Positions 48,101 through 57,570 of a stretch of DNA of 64,000 nucleotides are shown piece by piece (position 1 is the first letter of the stretch; each line of letters begins with the position of its first letter). Below the pieces are notes generated by a model that searched no databases, was not told the DNA's origin, and saw only the letters and a list, made by a program, of their open reading frames with translations. The position numbers were made by a program, and so were the translations under genes. Source of the stretch: a virus (lineage: Duplodnaviria; Caudoviricetes); IMG/VR virus record IMGVR_UViG_3300044628_000433, positions 205-64,204 of that record. The stretch is one strand, 5' to 3'.

Positions 48101-51100
48101 AGGCACTAGAAGCTGGCATGATAATGAGCAAGGAAGCCGAAGATGTATTCGAAGCTTTGTTCAATCGTTCCAACTCTAAGATCGGTGAGTTGTTTGACTC
48201 AGCCTATCAGGGCTTGTTTAAGCGATTGCCAAAGGAACAACGCCTTGCCATTGGTAAGGAAATCCTTGGAGAGATGGCCTTTAACGACTATCTTGCTAAG
48301 AAAGAAATTGAATTCGAAAAGGCTAAGCCAGTTGTAGATAAGCTTGCTGAAGCTGCGGCAACTAAGCCAGTTACTGTAACAAGTGTTGTGAATGAGATCT
48401 ATGAAAAGGTCAACAACGCAACACGTAAGGTCATTAAGGAAGCTATTGCTTCTGGTATGAGCAGAGAATCTGTTCTCACCTTCCTAAAGGACGAAGAAGC
48501 AAAGATTGGTACGGTTACATCTATTGATGCCCGTCCAGCTAATAAGCTTACAAAGCCAACAAAGCTTACAGACGAAGAGCTTGCAAAGTTTGCTGCAATT
48601 GAATCCCCATTCATCAGCGTTGTAGACGATGTAAAGGTTAAGTTTATTGATGCCGCTTTCAAGACTGAAGAGAGTAAGTTATTCTTCAGTAAGGAAGATC
48701 TACAGGATGAGATTAAGAGACGCGCTGCGTCAAAGGTCAGTAAGACTGAAACTGATATCGGTATTTCATCTGAGCTTAAGGCAGACCTTGAAGAACTTCT
48801 TGGTCCAGGAACCTTTGTCGATTCTGCTGGCATGAAGGTAGAACTAACCCCAACTGAAACTGTTGTTGCTACTAAGGTTGCAACCGTAGTTGAAACGGCT
48901 AAGGTAGACAAGGAACACGCTACGGCTGTCATTGCTGCTTTGGAAGAAGGTAGAACACTAGATGCTGTAGAAGCAAAACGTGCGCCTATCGTTACTCCAG
49001 AGGTTATCAATGTTGAAGAAACTCCAGTAAGCGTTGAGACTGAGCTTGTTGCTTTGGCTGCCATCAGTACTGAAGCTTCGGCTACAGCTGACAGCCTAAG
49101 TATTCCTGCAGCAAAGAAGGCCGAAGTTAAGACTGTTGTTGCTGCAGCTGTTGCAAATCCAAGTAGAGCCAAGTCTTTGCTTGAGAAGTATACTACTACA
49201 AAGCTTGAGGATGTTGCTGGTGTTTCTGCTAAAGCGGAAGCTACAACCACAAGACAGCTTCCAAGCGATCTAGTTAAGCAATTCTTTGAAGCTGAATTAC
49301 GCGCTCAAATCTCTAGACACACCATCGAAGGAATTATGGGTCTAGACGATAAGAACTTTAGTCGTTTCCTAGAATTAGAAAAACTAGCTGAAAAGTTTGA
49401 AGGTCCGCTTGATGCTTTAGTTAGAGAACCAACCCCAGAAAATCTACAAGCAACAGCTAATACCATTAACTGGTCAATGGAAGACTTGAAGGTTTACGTC
49501 AGCGGTGCATTGCACAAGCGTAACGGTTCTTTGATTGCAGAGTTTGTTGGAGCTAAGAAATTTGTAGAGCGGAACATTGATACAATTAAAGAAACTAGAA
49601 AATATATTGAGGATAAGAAGTCGGCTTATGATGCAGCTAGAGCTGTACCTGAGGCAAATAGATCTAAGGCTCAAGAAGACTTAATTAAGAAGTATGATAA
49701 AGCCAAGGGAACAGTCAGTCAATTTAATAACTCCATAGAGAGACTAAAGATTGGTGTACTTGGTAACACCGTACTCGAAGTAGTGCCACAGAAAATTAGT
49801 AAAGCTAAGGCTTATCTAGATAAGGGTGAGTCTATTCAAACAAAGTGGTTGCAACTACAGAGCCTTGGCGCAACGGTTCAAGACTTATTATTTAAAAATA
49901 TGATTGAAGCCGATCCAATTACTATTCTCAAAGCAATTGAGAAAAACATTGATCGTCTTGCTGAATTGGTTGAAACAGACGGAGAAGAAGTAGGTTTTCC
50001 GGACTGGAGAGAACTACCTAAGATTGAACTGTGGGCTAATGGATACATGAAATCAAAGGCTGCTTCCTCCTTTGTAAAGAAGATTATTCGTAATCTTGAA
50101 TTAAATGCAAAGCGAAGATTGGAAGGAACCAAGAAGAAGGTTGGAAGTGAAGAGGTAGTGGGTGCTAGTGGTGATGCGGTAAACGTATTAGAGGGATCGC
50201 AAAAGGTTGAAGGGGTGTACACAGACGATGAGAAAAAGGACTTCTACGTAAAGCAACAAGCTGAAAGCGAAGCTCTTAGAAATCTAGCTACACTGTTTCA
50301 TGCTCACCTAGTTGATATTGGTAAGACCGAACTCGCTGCTGTCTTTATGGCAAGACGTGAGGGTATATTACAAAAGGCTTCTGATATTGATAACACAGCA
50401 CGACTTCTAGAGAATTACGGAATTCAACTAACCGTAAATTCTGTTGAGAATCGTATCTCAGATCTTCGTAATGAACTTACAACATTTGTTGATGGTCTAG
50501 CAGAGGACGAAGCTAAGGCAATTCGAAAGCTTCTTGATCTTGAGTTTAAGCCTAAGAAACAAAAAACTCTTGCTCAACGCATCTCTACAGAAGACATGGA
50601 AGATCTATCAGAACGCTTAATGTCAGCTGGACCACTTGATGTCATTCGCGCTCCTGATTATTTAATCAGAGCTGCTCAAGAATCTTCCAGTGATCTCTAT
50701 AGAAGGATTCTTTCAGGTGAACTAGAAAATGGTGTTCAAGTTCTTGAAGAACTAGCGAACAATCCGCAATCAAAGTATAAGACACTTGCTGGTCAAATCC
50801 TAAACGAACATAGAGACTATTTAGAAACGGTCGGTGTTTGGGTAGCAAAGCTTGACGATAATACTGAGGGTCTATACACCTATGACAACATCTTCCTAAA
50901 TGTTAAGGAAGGTACGGTCAATGTACCAGCCCTCATTCACGAAGTCATTCACGCCATAACAACGAAGGAAATAGACGAAGCTGGCTTTACTCAAATAGAA
51001 GGACGTGGACACGTTGCCTATCTAGAAGCACTTCGCAATAGTGTTCAATCCGGTGTTGATCTAAACGGTAAAAAACTAAAGGCAAGTGTCAAGTCAATCG

Positions 51101-54100
51101 CTGCTAGTTATCTAGCAACAGTTGATTGGATTGATCGTACTCCTGAAGCTTTACAGTTATTGGGTTCAGACTATAAAGAAAAGTTTGTTGGTCGAGCTGA
51201 TGCTGTAGAGTTTCCCACAACAACCCACTATGCTTTGATCAATCTTCACGAATTCATTGCAAACACATTGACTGATTCTGATGTTCTCGCTTTCTTTGCT
51301 GGGGCTAAGGCTGCTAGTGGAGCAGCTAAAACAAGACCAGTTAAGGAAATGCTTAATGGTATTTCTAGGTCTATCTTTCCTAGAGCAACCGAAGAACAGA
51401 TAAAGAACGTTGATAAAACACTACAAGAAACTATTGTTTCAAATCTTGTAACTGGTGTGGTCAAGAGTAAGGTAGAACCAGTTGATCAAATGGGCATGGT
51501 ATTAATGCCTGAGCCTACTTATGTTCCCTTTAGATTAGTCGGTACTGAGATTCAAATTCCTGAGGTTGTTAGACTTGGAGATGAAGCTGAACTTCGTTCT
51601 GCTCTCAAATCTGCTAAGGGTAGGGTCTATGCTCAACTTAACAAGATTACGGAAGAAGAAGCTAAGGGTGGGGATTGGACTTTAGATGGTTCTATTCTAG
51701 AAAACGAATATGGTGAAGAATTCGAAGCTTTTGGTTTCGAGGACGGCACAATTGGTGCATTGCTTGCACACAACGAACTTGCGTATAAGGGCGCTACTAA
51801 GTATTTTGAAACACCTGATAAAGTCTTTATTAAGATAAAAACAAACGAAAAACCGTATTCTGACTCAGTAACACAAGCTTTACAACTTATTCTAGACGGT
51901 AGCTTATACGATCTTTTTCCAAAAATGGATTTACAGCAATTGTCGTATGAAAAGTATTCTAATAGTGACTTTGCAAAGCTACCCATTAATGAGCAATTAA
52001 AAACGGCTCAGTACGCATATACAAAAATTACAACTATTCAAAACTTACTACCATACAAACATAAGGTTTTTGAGACACAGAGCAATAATGCAAAAACATT
52101 ATTAGAAGCAGTTACTCAATTAAAATCAGCGTTAGACTTGGCTTTTCCACCCGAACCTACAATATCAAAGGTAGGTGATAGTAAGTATTTTAAGAAGCTT
52201 ACTGAGTTACCTACTATCTTCGATGAGTGGACGGTTGGAATAACCCATAAAGACTTATCAACAAGTGATGGTTATTACTTTAAGGTTAAAGATTATCAGA
52301 AAGATAATGCATTTATATTAAGTGCGCTTCTTACTCAAAAGCCACTAGAGTGGGCTGAAGACAATGGTGAGTTTATGCTTAAGTATACACCAACAATTAG
52401 CGAACTTTCAACAGCTCAACAAACATTGCTGTACTTTTTACTTGGGGAAGTACCAAGTTCTGATAAAGTTCCAATATGGGAACCAACAGTTTCTATACTC
52501 TACGATGTTCACTTAGAAAATTATTTTAAGGAATTTGGTGTGGATGGTATAAAAGCTGTACTTAAGTCTGAAATAGCACTTGACCTTATTCCAGTAGATA
52601 TTGATTCTCAAGTACTAATAGATATTAAAACAAATCTAAAGAAGTTAAGCAACTATTGGTATGATGAATTAGACAAAAAGGGTGTTAATGTAGAAGACGA
52701 TCTTTCTGCTGTTCCTACAGATGATGTACAATTTCTTTTAGATAACTATACCGTAGCAAAACTTGAAGTTGATTCGGTGTTTCCAGAAAACGCCACGATT
52801 ATTGGTCCACAACTTGGATCTAATCCAGGACATCAAGTTGAAATTAATGGTAGCAAGTATTATCTAAAGGCAGCAAAGAGCAAGCGGCATGCTAATATGG
52901 AAAGAGCAGCTCAGTTGCTCTATCGTATGCTTGGTCACGAATCCTTGGTATCTGAATTTACAGATGCTTCAAATCTTGGTTCCGAGTTTAAAACATCCAT
53001 TTTGACTCCCTGGGTAACAACAACCAAGTTTGATTTTGATAATAAGGACCACGCTGCAAAAGCAAAGTTGCTATACATTCCATCAGCTTGGCTTGCAAAT
53101 TGGGATGTCTTTGGTCAAACCTATGACAATGTTTCTGCCGAAGGTGTGATTCTTGATGCCGGAGGATCGCTTGTTTATAGAGCTAGGGGTGGAGAGAAGG
53201 ACTTTTCAAATACCTCTGTTAAGGAATTAGACTCGCTACGAGACCTAAGTAAAAACTTCACAGCAGCTAATATCTTTATGGAGCTAACACCAGAGGAAAT
53301 TAAAAGTCAGATTGCTAATTTAGAAGCAACGGCATCAAATGAACAAATTAGAGATGTTGTATTCAGTGTGTTTGATCTTTCAGATCCCTCTGAAAAAGCA
53401 GACGCTGACAATCTAGTTAAAACATTGATTGCTAGAAAAAACATTATTGTTGCATCTTTAAAGGAATTAGGTTCTATTGAGAGCAGAATGCCAACAGAGC
53501 TTCGTCGTTTTATCAAAATGCCAACTACGGCAGCCGAAGAAGATATCTTTTACATAAGAGAAGCAGCCAAAACCTTTGAAAACGCATCGCTAGAGGATAA
53601 GCAAAAAGCATTGGAATTTATGCACACCGTTCTAGCCAATGCTGACATGAGTGGAGAACTTCTTCGTTCTAATTTCTATAATGCTTATACAGAGTTTCGC
53701 TTAAAGTTATTGGGTGGTACTCAACTTAATAGAAGAGAACTTATTTCTAAATTCTTTACCAATGATAGTGGTAGAGATATTGCTATTAGAGATGAACTTG
53801 GAATGCCAATTACGTTTTATCGTGGAACTAATAGGCCAGATGTTGATGCTCAAAACGGCGATGAAGTAAGTAAAGGTTCTTGGTGGGGAACCGATCTAAA
53901 CGTTGCTAGAGATTATGGCGGCGGAAGATCTATTATGAGTGCTTATGCTGCCGTTCCACCAGAACGTATTAAGGTTGTTAAGCTTCGTGAAATGACACAT
54001 TGGTCACACGTAAAGAAATCAGATATCCTTGATCCAGAAGTTGTAAAGTATTTAGAAGATCGAAACTTTAACTTTGGTGGTAAAGTAGATGACATTGCAT

Positions 54101-57100
54101 TTGCTTACTTAGATCTTGTTGAAGATAAATATGATGCTGTACGATTGCTCGATGTTAAGGATTATGCAAAGCTTGGTTCAAAGAAAATTCCACACGATCA
54201 GTGGGTATTCAGACCAGATAAGCAACTCTTAAAGAATCGCAATGCTCTTGAGTTTAAGAAGACAGGATCACAAAATCTTCTATCGCAAAAGCGAGCTGTG
54301 CAAATCACAAGAGATATCATTGATGTCGCTAAGTCGGTTGGTGCAGACACGAAGGAACTAGAAGCAAAGCTTGCTGAGCTTGTTGACTCCGCTGAGGTTC
54401 GTAGACGTAATCTACTAGCTGCTGGCTTACATGAAGAAATGGAACCAGAAGATCTAGAGATTATCAATAGTATGATCAAGGGAACGAAGGCGTTTAGTCA
54501 GCCAGCCGTTGATCACCTCACACGAAGAACCAAGCCATCAGCTACCGTGGCTGCGGCTTCTAGAATTAAGTTCTCAGGTAAGAACTACAGAGACTTGACA
54601 GATGACGAAAGACGATCTTTCGTTAGTGACGTATTGCTTCCAACAGTAGAAGAAAAGCTTGGCAATAGAAACCGCAGTGCTGGTATCTATTCATTGATTA
54701 CCGACTCCAAGGTTGGTAAGGGCTTTAACTCTCTCGTTGGTGGTGGTGCCGCTTACGGCGATACTGCCGATGCTCAGTCAATGATGCTACAGTTCTTCTC
54801 AAAGATTTACGATCCTCTTATGGATCTTAGAGATGGTGAGCTATCAGGTACATTCGATCTCTTCTCCGTTGACATGGTTAACGCAGAAACAAATAACATG
54901 TACAGTGCAGCTGGTCTCTTGGATATCCAGAGAAAGATTACAGCTCAGGTCACAAAGACCGCAGAGTTGGAACAGCTATACGAAACAGCTTGGCTATACC
55001 TTGCTGATCTAGAGAGCTTACCAAGTAATGCCGTCCACAGAGAATTGATTGTGGAACTCATTAAGGGTGTCCACAAGTACAATACCTTGGTATCTGGCTT
55101 ACTTGAGAAGTATGGTACGTTGGTTACGCCAATGAAGCCAACAGAGTACGGTACAATCCACAAGGTCAACATGTTAGCCTTCGAGCAACAAGACCAGTTC
55201 GTTGATGCCCTTGTTAAGCATGCCTTGGCAAAGGAACGAGAAAGCAAGGATCTATCCATCATTACGTTGGATGCCTTGGGCTGGGTAAAGCTTACAAGAG
55301 ATTCGGTTTCTGACGATATCGTATCTGTTGAGGTTAAGGAAGGTTCACCTCTTGGTTATGAACCAGCTGTCTACAAGTATTCTGAATTCAAGAATATGGC
55401 TAAGAAAGCCTCACTTGGTAAGGATGCGTTGACTATCTATGAGGATGCCTTAGTGTCTTCTAGAAACTACGTCAACTGGGATATCTATCGGTCACGTGGT
55501 GATAACTATACGGCTCTTAGACATACGATGACCGTAGCTAAGAACCGATACCTCAACATCGACTCTCCAGAATCCCGTGGCGGTAAGCCACGTACTGAAG
55601 GTGTTGGTGGTGGACGTGAAATGGATATTACCAGAATCTTGTCCCACAACGATATCGCAAAGAATCCAGAACTTGCCAAGTACTTTGATAAGGATATCTA
55701 CGGATTGATCTATCAACAGTTACGAAGCAGTGTAACCGATGCCATTATGACCAAGTATATCACAGATATGTTTGGTGTTAAGATGTCATTCTTGGATCTC
55801 GTTGAGGTTTCTAGAAAGCACGGTGAGGCAAGCAGAGGTCAACTCGCTAAGACTGAACAGGATTCAGTAAACCGTGGTTATGACAGAATTAAGGATATCT
55901 GGGAATCAAATACCGGAAAGTTAATGGCAAGTAGAGACGGTCTAGATCGTCACTATAGGTCATTGCTTGAATCTGGCTCTAGACCCCTTGTCCTTTCAGC
56001 AAGTGGTCTCAGAGCGGCTTTAACCTCAACTGGTGAAACCGCAAGAGCTATCCTCGCTAGTAACCATAACCGTGGTATGCTACGTCAAGTAATTCCTAAC
56101 TTCATCCAGACCCTAAAGCTATTTAGTCGGGATAAGAGACAGACCATCCAGCAAGTAGCATCCGCTACTCACTGGCTCCGTGGTCTATCTTCTGACCACC
56201 TATTGTTAAGAGCTGAGATGAACCCAAACAATCCATTCGGTGGAACAATCATGGGTTCTAAGCAGGGTGGCTGGTTTAAGAGTTGGGCTGCATCTTGGGC
56301 AGGAGCTAAGGAACGAAACAAGTTAGAAGACTCTATTGTTGGTAAGGCAGCTAACTATCTGTCTATCCCAGCAAGTAGACTAGGCGCTCCTCTTGCTTTC
56401 GTAAACGATGTAACGACTACATTGCATGTCCAGAATATGCAATACAACCTTACAACAAACTCTTCAAAGTTCATGGCTCTTGCTAAAGCATTGAAGACAT
56501 CTAACCCAGAATCATTGTCTGACTTTGCATCTCTAGCTAAAAAGTGTGGTCTATCCCCCAAGGAAGCTATAGATCTATCTGCTCTGGGTTTATTAGACCC
56601 AGCTAGAATCCAAGTTATGATTGATGCAGCTAAGGACCAACGTAACTATTCCGAAGGTCTATTGGATATCCAACGTCTATTCCTATGGGCTGATGGAGAT
56701 CCCATCAGGATAGATACCATTAACCGTATGGGTGCCTTGGTAAACGCTACTACAAGACACACCAATACTGATCCTACCTTATTGGATCTACGGATTAATC
56801 AATCCCCCTATGCTAGATCTATGGGTGTATTCATGCAGTTCTTGCTTAGTCACTCTACCCAAGAAATAGGTAGACGTAGACGTTATACAACTACTGCATA
56901 CTCTAAGCACCTCGCTGGTCTAGTTATGATGGAATCTATTGCCTATAGCTTGGCTAGACCCAAGGATGACGATGATGATAGCTGGATCTGGGAAGACGCT
57001 AAGGAGAAACCAATCCAAACGGTAATTAAGGTAGGTACCTCTCTCCCTCTCTTGGGAAGCTATCAGTACCTATCTGCTCTTATCCGTATGGGTCTACTAG

Positions 57101-57222
57101 AAACCCACTCTCAGATTACTGGAGAGAAGTCAGATGAACGATATAGAATTCCTGATCTTTACTCTGGTCCTTCAGAGAACGTACCAAAGAAAGCTTTGGA
57201 TATGATCAAGGATCTATTGTAA
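45199..57222 (+). CDS. Giant multidomain internal virion protein (gp16-like polyvalent protein; 4007 aa)
   Basis: Gly/Ala-rich membrane-inserting N-region; two HEXXH motifs; sigma-like, kinase-like and ART-like segments; gp16-like C-terminus (MQF...LPLLG). Confidence 0.85.
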   Translation: MNNDLDRLFEENSKPLPSKSPTVNFTNPTSMYSGQTPDMGEQQIKNEKISLGLLSPSFLNGRWNLTESGLTKEEVGDTALSFTIGEGSKGWGERSIQKAYRMVDQFENKGDAMFTTDNRETHHWEQFVEGINFFNIFGENETFRRADEVKKILSTVDPEWTYEKQLSALTEWQESNPEVNDFVAQAGINIQDYVLETRNQQAFIFNINEAVQQARLNIGMQRFEKDNGTLSKLGNSLIEGIKDPLILRDMALTSVATLGLGTVAGLAGVSARALSGSVAAGVNSSRALRGLNLVRQAANTAALATGPMTGLIEGPAYAAIRAVVPSAGRSAVSTLSARGLALALEGGVAGAVSSLADQKADNEWRSLVFADTEKALKYNLGETALAALTGSLGAVGVASAVRFGLGSIGDYKYYKTGDWDGFRRQIANSMDTWATTKDGDIVWGNTLSDGRGIFFGDTVDKFMKSYDGRDFTNVMLNGSRLFGKFNPRIAGKMNLDVKRVMPVIEEFEKATGVAGEAAMLSVDGVDPETRGIFNQLVNESNLADADLTIDDVKAVLVDYNTKQQPQPPTATGRLLTEAPVATQQVEVARQLKRLVAAKSVDRRLEQIGLSSATVLNNAEATLGRSINLSSDADFQNFITAARYEAASVDESQVVNTFKRIVTGDFGGGRVIPKEVVDSIFVAAFGDKPIVVTATGSNKNFAVVVDPKNKDVFATKRTLEKGDDGQLSIKLRADDPKSPFFSKDVLTVDTDTLQAKLVEVNEKLNKAWNDVKTAKIKETIEKVKKTKVKEELVKTFAEGTSVTVDSIKKIFDLTKEEATVAKIIMDSLGYDGDSNLLRIASLVADDRNAEIFFEGNTALIRATKSSDVGTVTHEMSHYLQVMILDELTPDARHAIGITDEIWEKFKDWVGYTGTEWTEKAAEKFANGMSQYVRRVMSGDGRAPKTQVQRLFHRIGDHLGDLGQRFKSQEALEAGMIMSKEAEDVFEALFNRSNSKIGELFDSAYQGLFKRLPKEQRLAIGKEILGEMAFNDYLAKKEIEFEKAKPVVDKLAEAAATKPVTVTSVVNEIYEKVNNATRKVIKEAIASGMSRESVLTFLKDEEAKIGTVTSIDARPANKLTKPTKLTDEELAKFAAIESPFISVVDDVKVKFIDAAFKTEESKLFFSKEDLQDEIKRRAASKVSKTETDIGISSELKADLEELLGPGTFVDSAGMKVELTPTETVVATKVATVVETAKVDKEHATAVIAALEEGRTLDAVEAKRAPIVTPEVINVEETPVSVETELVALAAISTEASATADSLSIPAAKKAEVKTVVAAAVANPSRAKSLLEKYTTTKLEDVAGVSAKAEATTTRQLPSDLVKQFFEAELRAQISRHTIEGIMGLDDKNFSRFLELEKLAEKFEGPLDALVREPTPENLQATANTINWSMEDLKVYVSGALHKRNGSLIAEFVGAKKFVERNIDTIKETRKYIEDKKSAYDAARAVPEANRSKAQEDLIKKYDKAKGTVSQFNNSIERLKIGVLGNTVLEVVPQKISKAKAYLDKGESIQTKWLQLQSLGATVQDLLFKNMIEADPITILKAIEKNIDRLAELVETDGEEVGFPDWRELPKIELWANGYMKSKAASSFVKKIIRNLELNAKRRLEGTKKKVGSEEVVGASGDAVNVLEGSQKVEGVYTDDEKKDFYVKQQAESEALRNLATLFHAHLVDIGKTELAAVFMARREGILQKASDIDNTARLLENYGIQLTVNSVENRISDLRNELTTFVDGLAEDEAKAIRKLLDLEFKPKKQKTLAQRISTEDMEDLSERLMSAGPLDVIRAPDYLIRAAQESSSDLYRRILSGELENGVQVLEELANNPQSKYKTLAGQILNEHRDYLETVGVWVAKLDDNTEGLYTYDNIFLNVKEGTVNVPALIHEVIHAITTKEIDEAGFTQIEGRGHVAYLEALRNSVQSGVDLNGKKLKASVKSIAASYLATVDWIDRTPEALQLLGSDYKEKFVGRADAVEFPTTTHYALINLHEFIANTLTDSDVLAFFAGAKAASGAAKTRPVKEMLNGISRSIFPRATEEQIKNVDKTLQETIVSNLVTGVVKSKVEPVDQMGMVLMPEPTYVPFRLVGTEIQIPEVVRLGDEAELRSALKSAKGRVYAQLNKITEEEAKGGDWTLDGSILENEYGEEFEAFGFEDGTIGALLAHNELAYKGATKYFETPDKVFIKIKTNEKPYSDSVTQALQLILDGSLYDLFPKMDLQQLSYEKYSNSDFAKLPINEQLKTAQYAYTKITTIQNLLPYKHKVFETQSNNAKTLLEAVTQLKSALDLAFPPEPTISKVGDSKYFKKLTELPTIFDEWTVGITHKDLSTSDGYYFKVKDYQKDNAFILSALLTQKPLEWAEDNGEFMLKYTPTISELSTAQQTLLYFLLGEVPSSDKVPIWEPTVSILYDVHLENYFKEFGVDGIKAVLKSEIALDLIPVDIDSQVLIDIKTNLKKLSNYWYDELDKKGVNVEDDLSAVPTDDVQFLLDNYTVAKLEVDSVFPENATIIGPQLGSNPGHQVEINGSKYYLKAAKSKRHANMERAAQLLYRMLGHESLVSEFTDASNLGSEFKTSILTPWVTTTKFDFDNKDHAAKAKLLYIPSAWLANWDVFGQTYDNVSAEGVILDAGGSLVYRARGGEKDFSNTSVKELDSLRDLSKNFTAANIFMELTPEEIKSQIANLEATASNEQIRDVVFSVFDLSDPSEKADADNLVKTLIARKNIIVASLKELGSIESRMPTELRRFIKMPTTAAEEDIFYIREAAKTFENASLEDKQKALEFMHTVLANADMSGELLRSNFYNAYTEFRLKLLGGTQLNRRELISKFFTNDSGRDIAIRDELGMPITFYRGTNRPDVDAQNGDEVSKGSWWGTDLNVARDYGGGRSIMSAYAAVPPERIKVVKLREMTHWSHVKKSDILDPEVVKYLEDRNFNFGGKVDDIAFAYLDLVEDKYDAVRLLDVKDYAKLGSKKIPHDQWVFRPDKQLLKNRNALEFKKTGSQNLLSQKRAVQITRDIIDVAKSVGADTKELEAKLAELVDSAEVRRRNLLAAGLHEEMEPEDLEIINSMIKGTKAFSQPAVDHLTRRTKPSATVAAASRIKFSGKNYRDLTDDERRSFVSDVLLPTVEEKLGNRNRSAGIYSLITDSKVGKGFNSLVGGGAAYGDTADAQSMMLQFFSKIYDPLMDLRDGELSGTFDLFSVDMVNAETNNMYSAAGLLDIQRKITAQVTKTAELEQLYETAWLYLADLESLPSNAVHRELIVELIKGVHKYNTLVSGLLEKYGTLVTPMKPTEYGTIHKVNMLAFEQQDQFVDALVKHALAKERESKDLSIITLDALGWVKLTRDSVSDDIVSVEVKEGSPLGYEPAVYKYSEFKNMAKKASLGKDALTIYEDALVSSRNYVNWDIYRSRGDNYTALRHTMTVAKNRYLNIDSPESRGGKPRTEGVGGGREMDITRILSHNDIAKNPELAKYFDKDIYGLIYQQLRSSVTDAIMTKYITDMFGVKMSFLDLVEVSRKHGEASRGQLAKTEQDSVNRGYDRIKDIWESNTGKLMASRDGLDRHYRSLLESGSRPLVLSASGLRAALTSTGETARAILASNHNRGMLRQVIPNFIQTLKLFSRDKRQTIQQVASATHWLRGLSSDHLLLRAEMNPNNPFGGTIMGSKQGGWFKSWAASWAGAKERNKLEDSIVGKAANYLSIPASRLGAPLAFVNDVTTTLHVQNMQYNLTTNSSKFMALAKALKTSNPESLSDFASLAKKCGLSPKEAIDLSALGLLDPARIQVMIDAAKDQRNYSEGLLDIQRLFLWADGDPIRIDTINRMGALVNATTRHTNTDPTLLDLRINQSPYARSMGVFMQFLLSHSTQEIGRRRRYTTTAYSKHLAGLVMMESIAYSLARPKDDDDDSWIWEDAKEKPIQTVIKVGTSLPLLGSYQYLSALIRMGLLETHSQITGEKSDERYRIPDLYSGPSENVPKKALDMIKDLL

Positions 57223-57237
57223 TCTAGCTAGAATGCC

Positions 57238-57300
57238 ATTAGAGACGTTCCTGCAGTTAAGACCCCCATCCATAGGGGTAGACTCAGGAACGTCTCTAAT
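57238..57300. repeat. Long inverted repeat after the last gene
   Basis: ATTAGAGACGTTCCTG / CAGGAACGTCTCTAAT, perfect 16 bp. Confidence 0.9.
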
Positions 57301-57340
57301 AGGCTTATAGGAGGTTTATTGGGGTGGGGTATTTACCTAG

Positions 57341-57373
57341 ACGAGCAGTCCCTGATTTGGTGCTAGGGAACAA
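57341..57373 (+). promoter_or_regulatory. Candidate phage RNAP promoter, copy 2 (phi-OR-like position)
   Basis: ACGAGCAGTCCCTGATTTGGTGCTAGGGAACAA. Confidence 0.65.
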
Positions 57374-57459
57374 CCTAGCTGTGATGGAACACAATAAAAC
57401 AAGAGCGGACTCTCCACTAGGGGAGAGTCTAGGAAAGATAGTAAGGGGAGTATCTAGGG

Positions 57460-57570
57460 ATAACGTAAGGAAGTAACGTAGGATTGTCTTAGAATAATAA
57501 CGTTACATAAACCCATAACATAAAACACATAGGGAAGTCCTAAGGATATACCCCATACATAACCATTTCA
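57460..57570. repeat. Short AT-rich iterated repeats (TAACGTA / CATAA)
   Basis: TAACGTA twice, TAACGTT, TAACATA and several CATAA; comparable to short-repeat arrays near T7-like termini. Confidence 0.55.

Noticed and set aside
48399-49250. Long minus-strand ORFs (this 283-aa one, 2616-3248, 3822-4376, 23252-23809 and others)
   Set aside because: They are antisense shadows of codon-biased + strand genes, with no recognisable motifs
45199-57222. N4-like or crAss-like virion RNA polymerase
   Set aside because: No single-subunit RNAP motifs or DxDGD motif found; a separate T7-type RNAP gene exists
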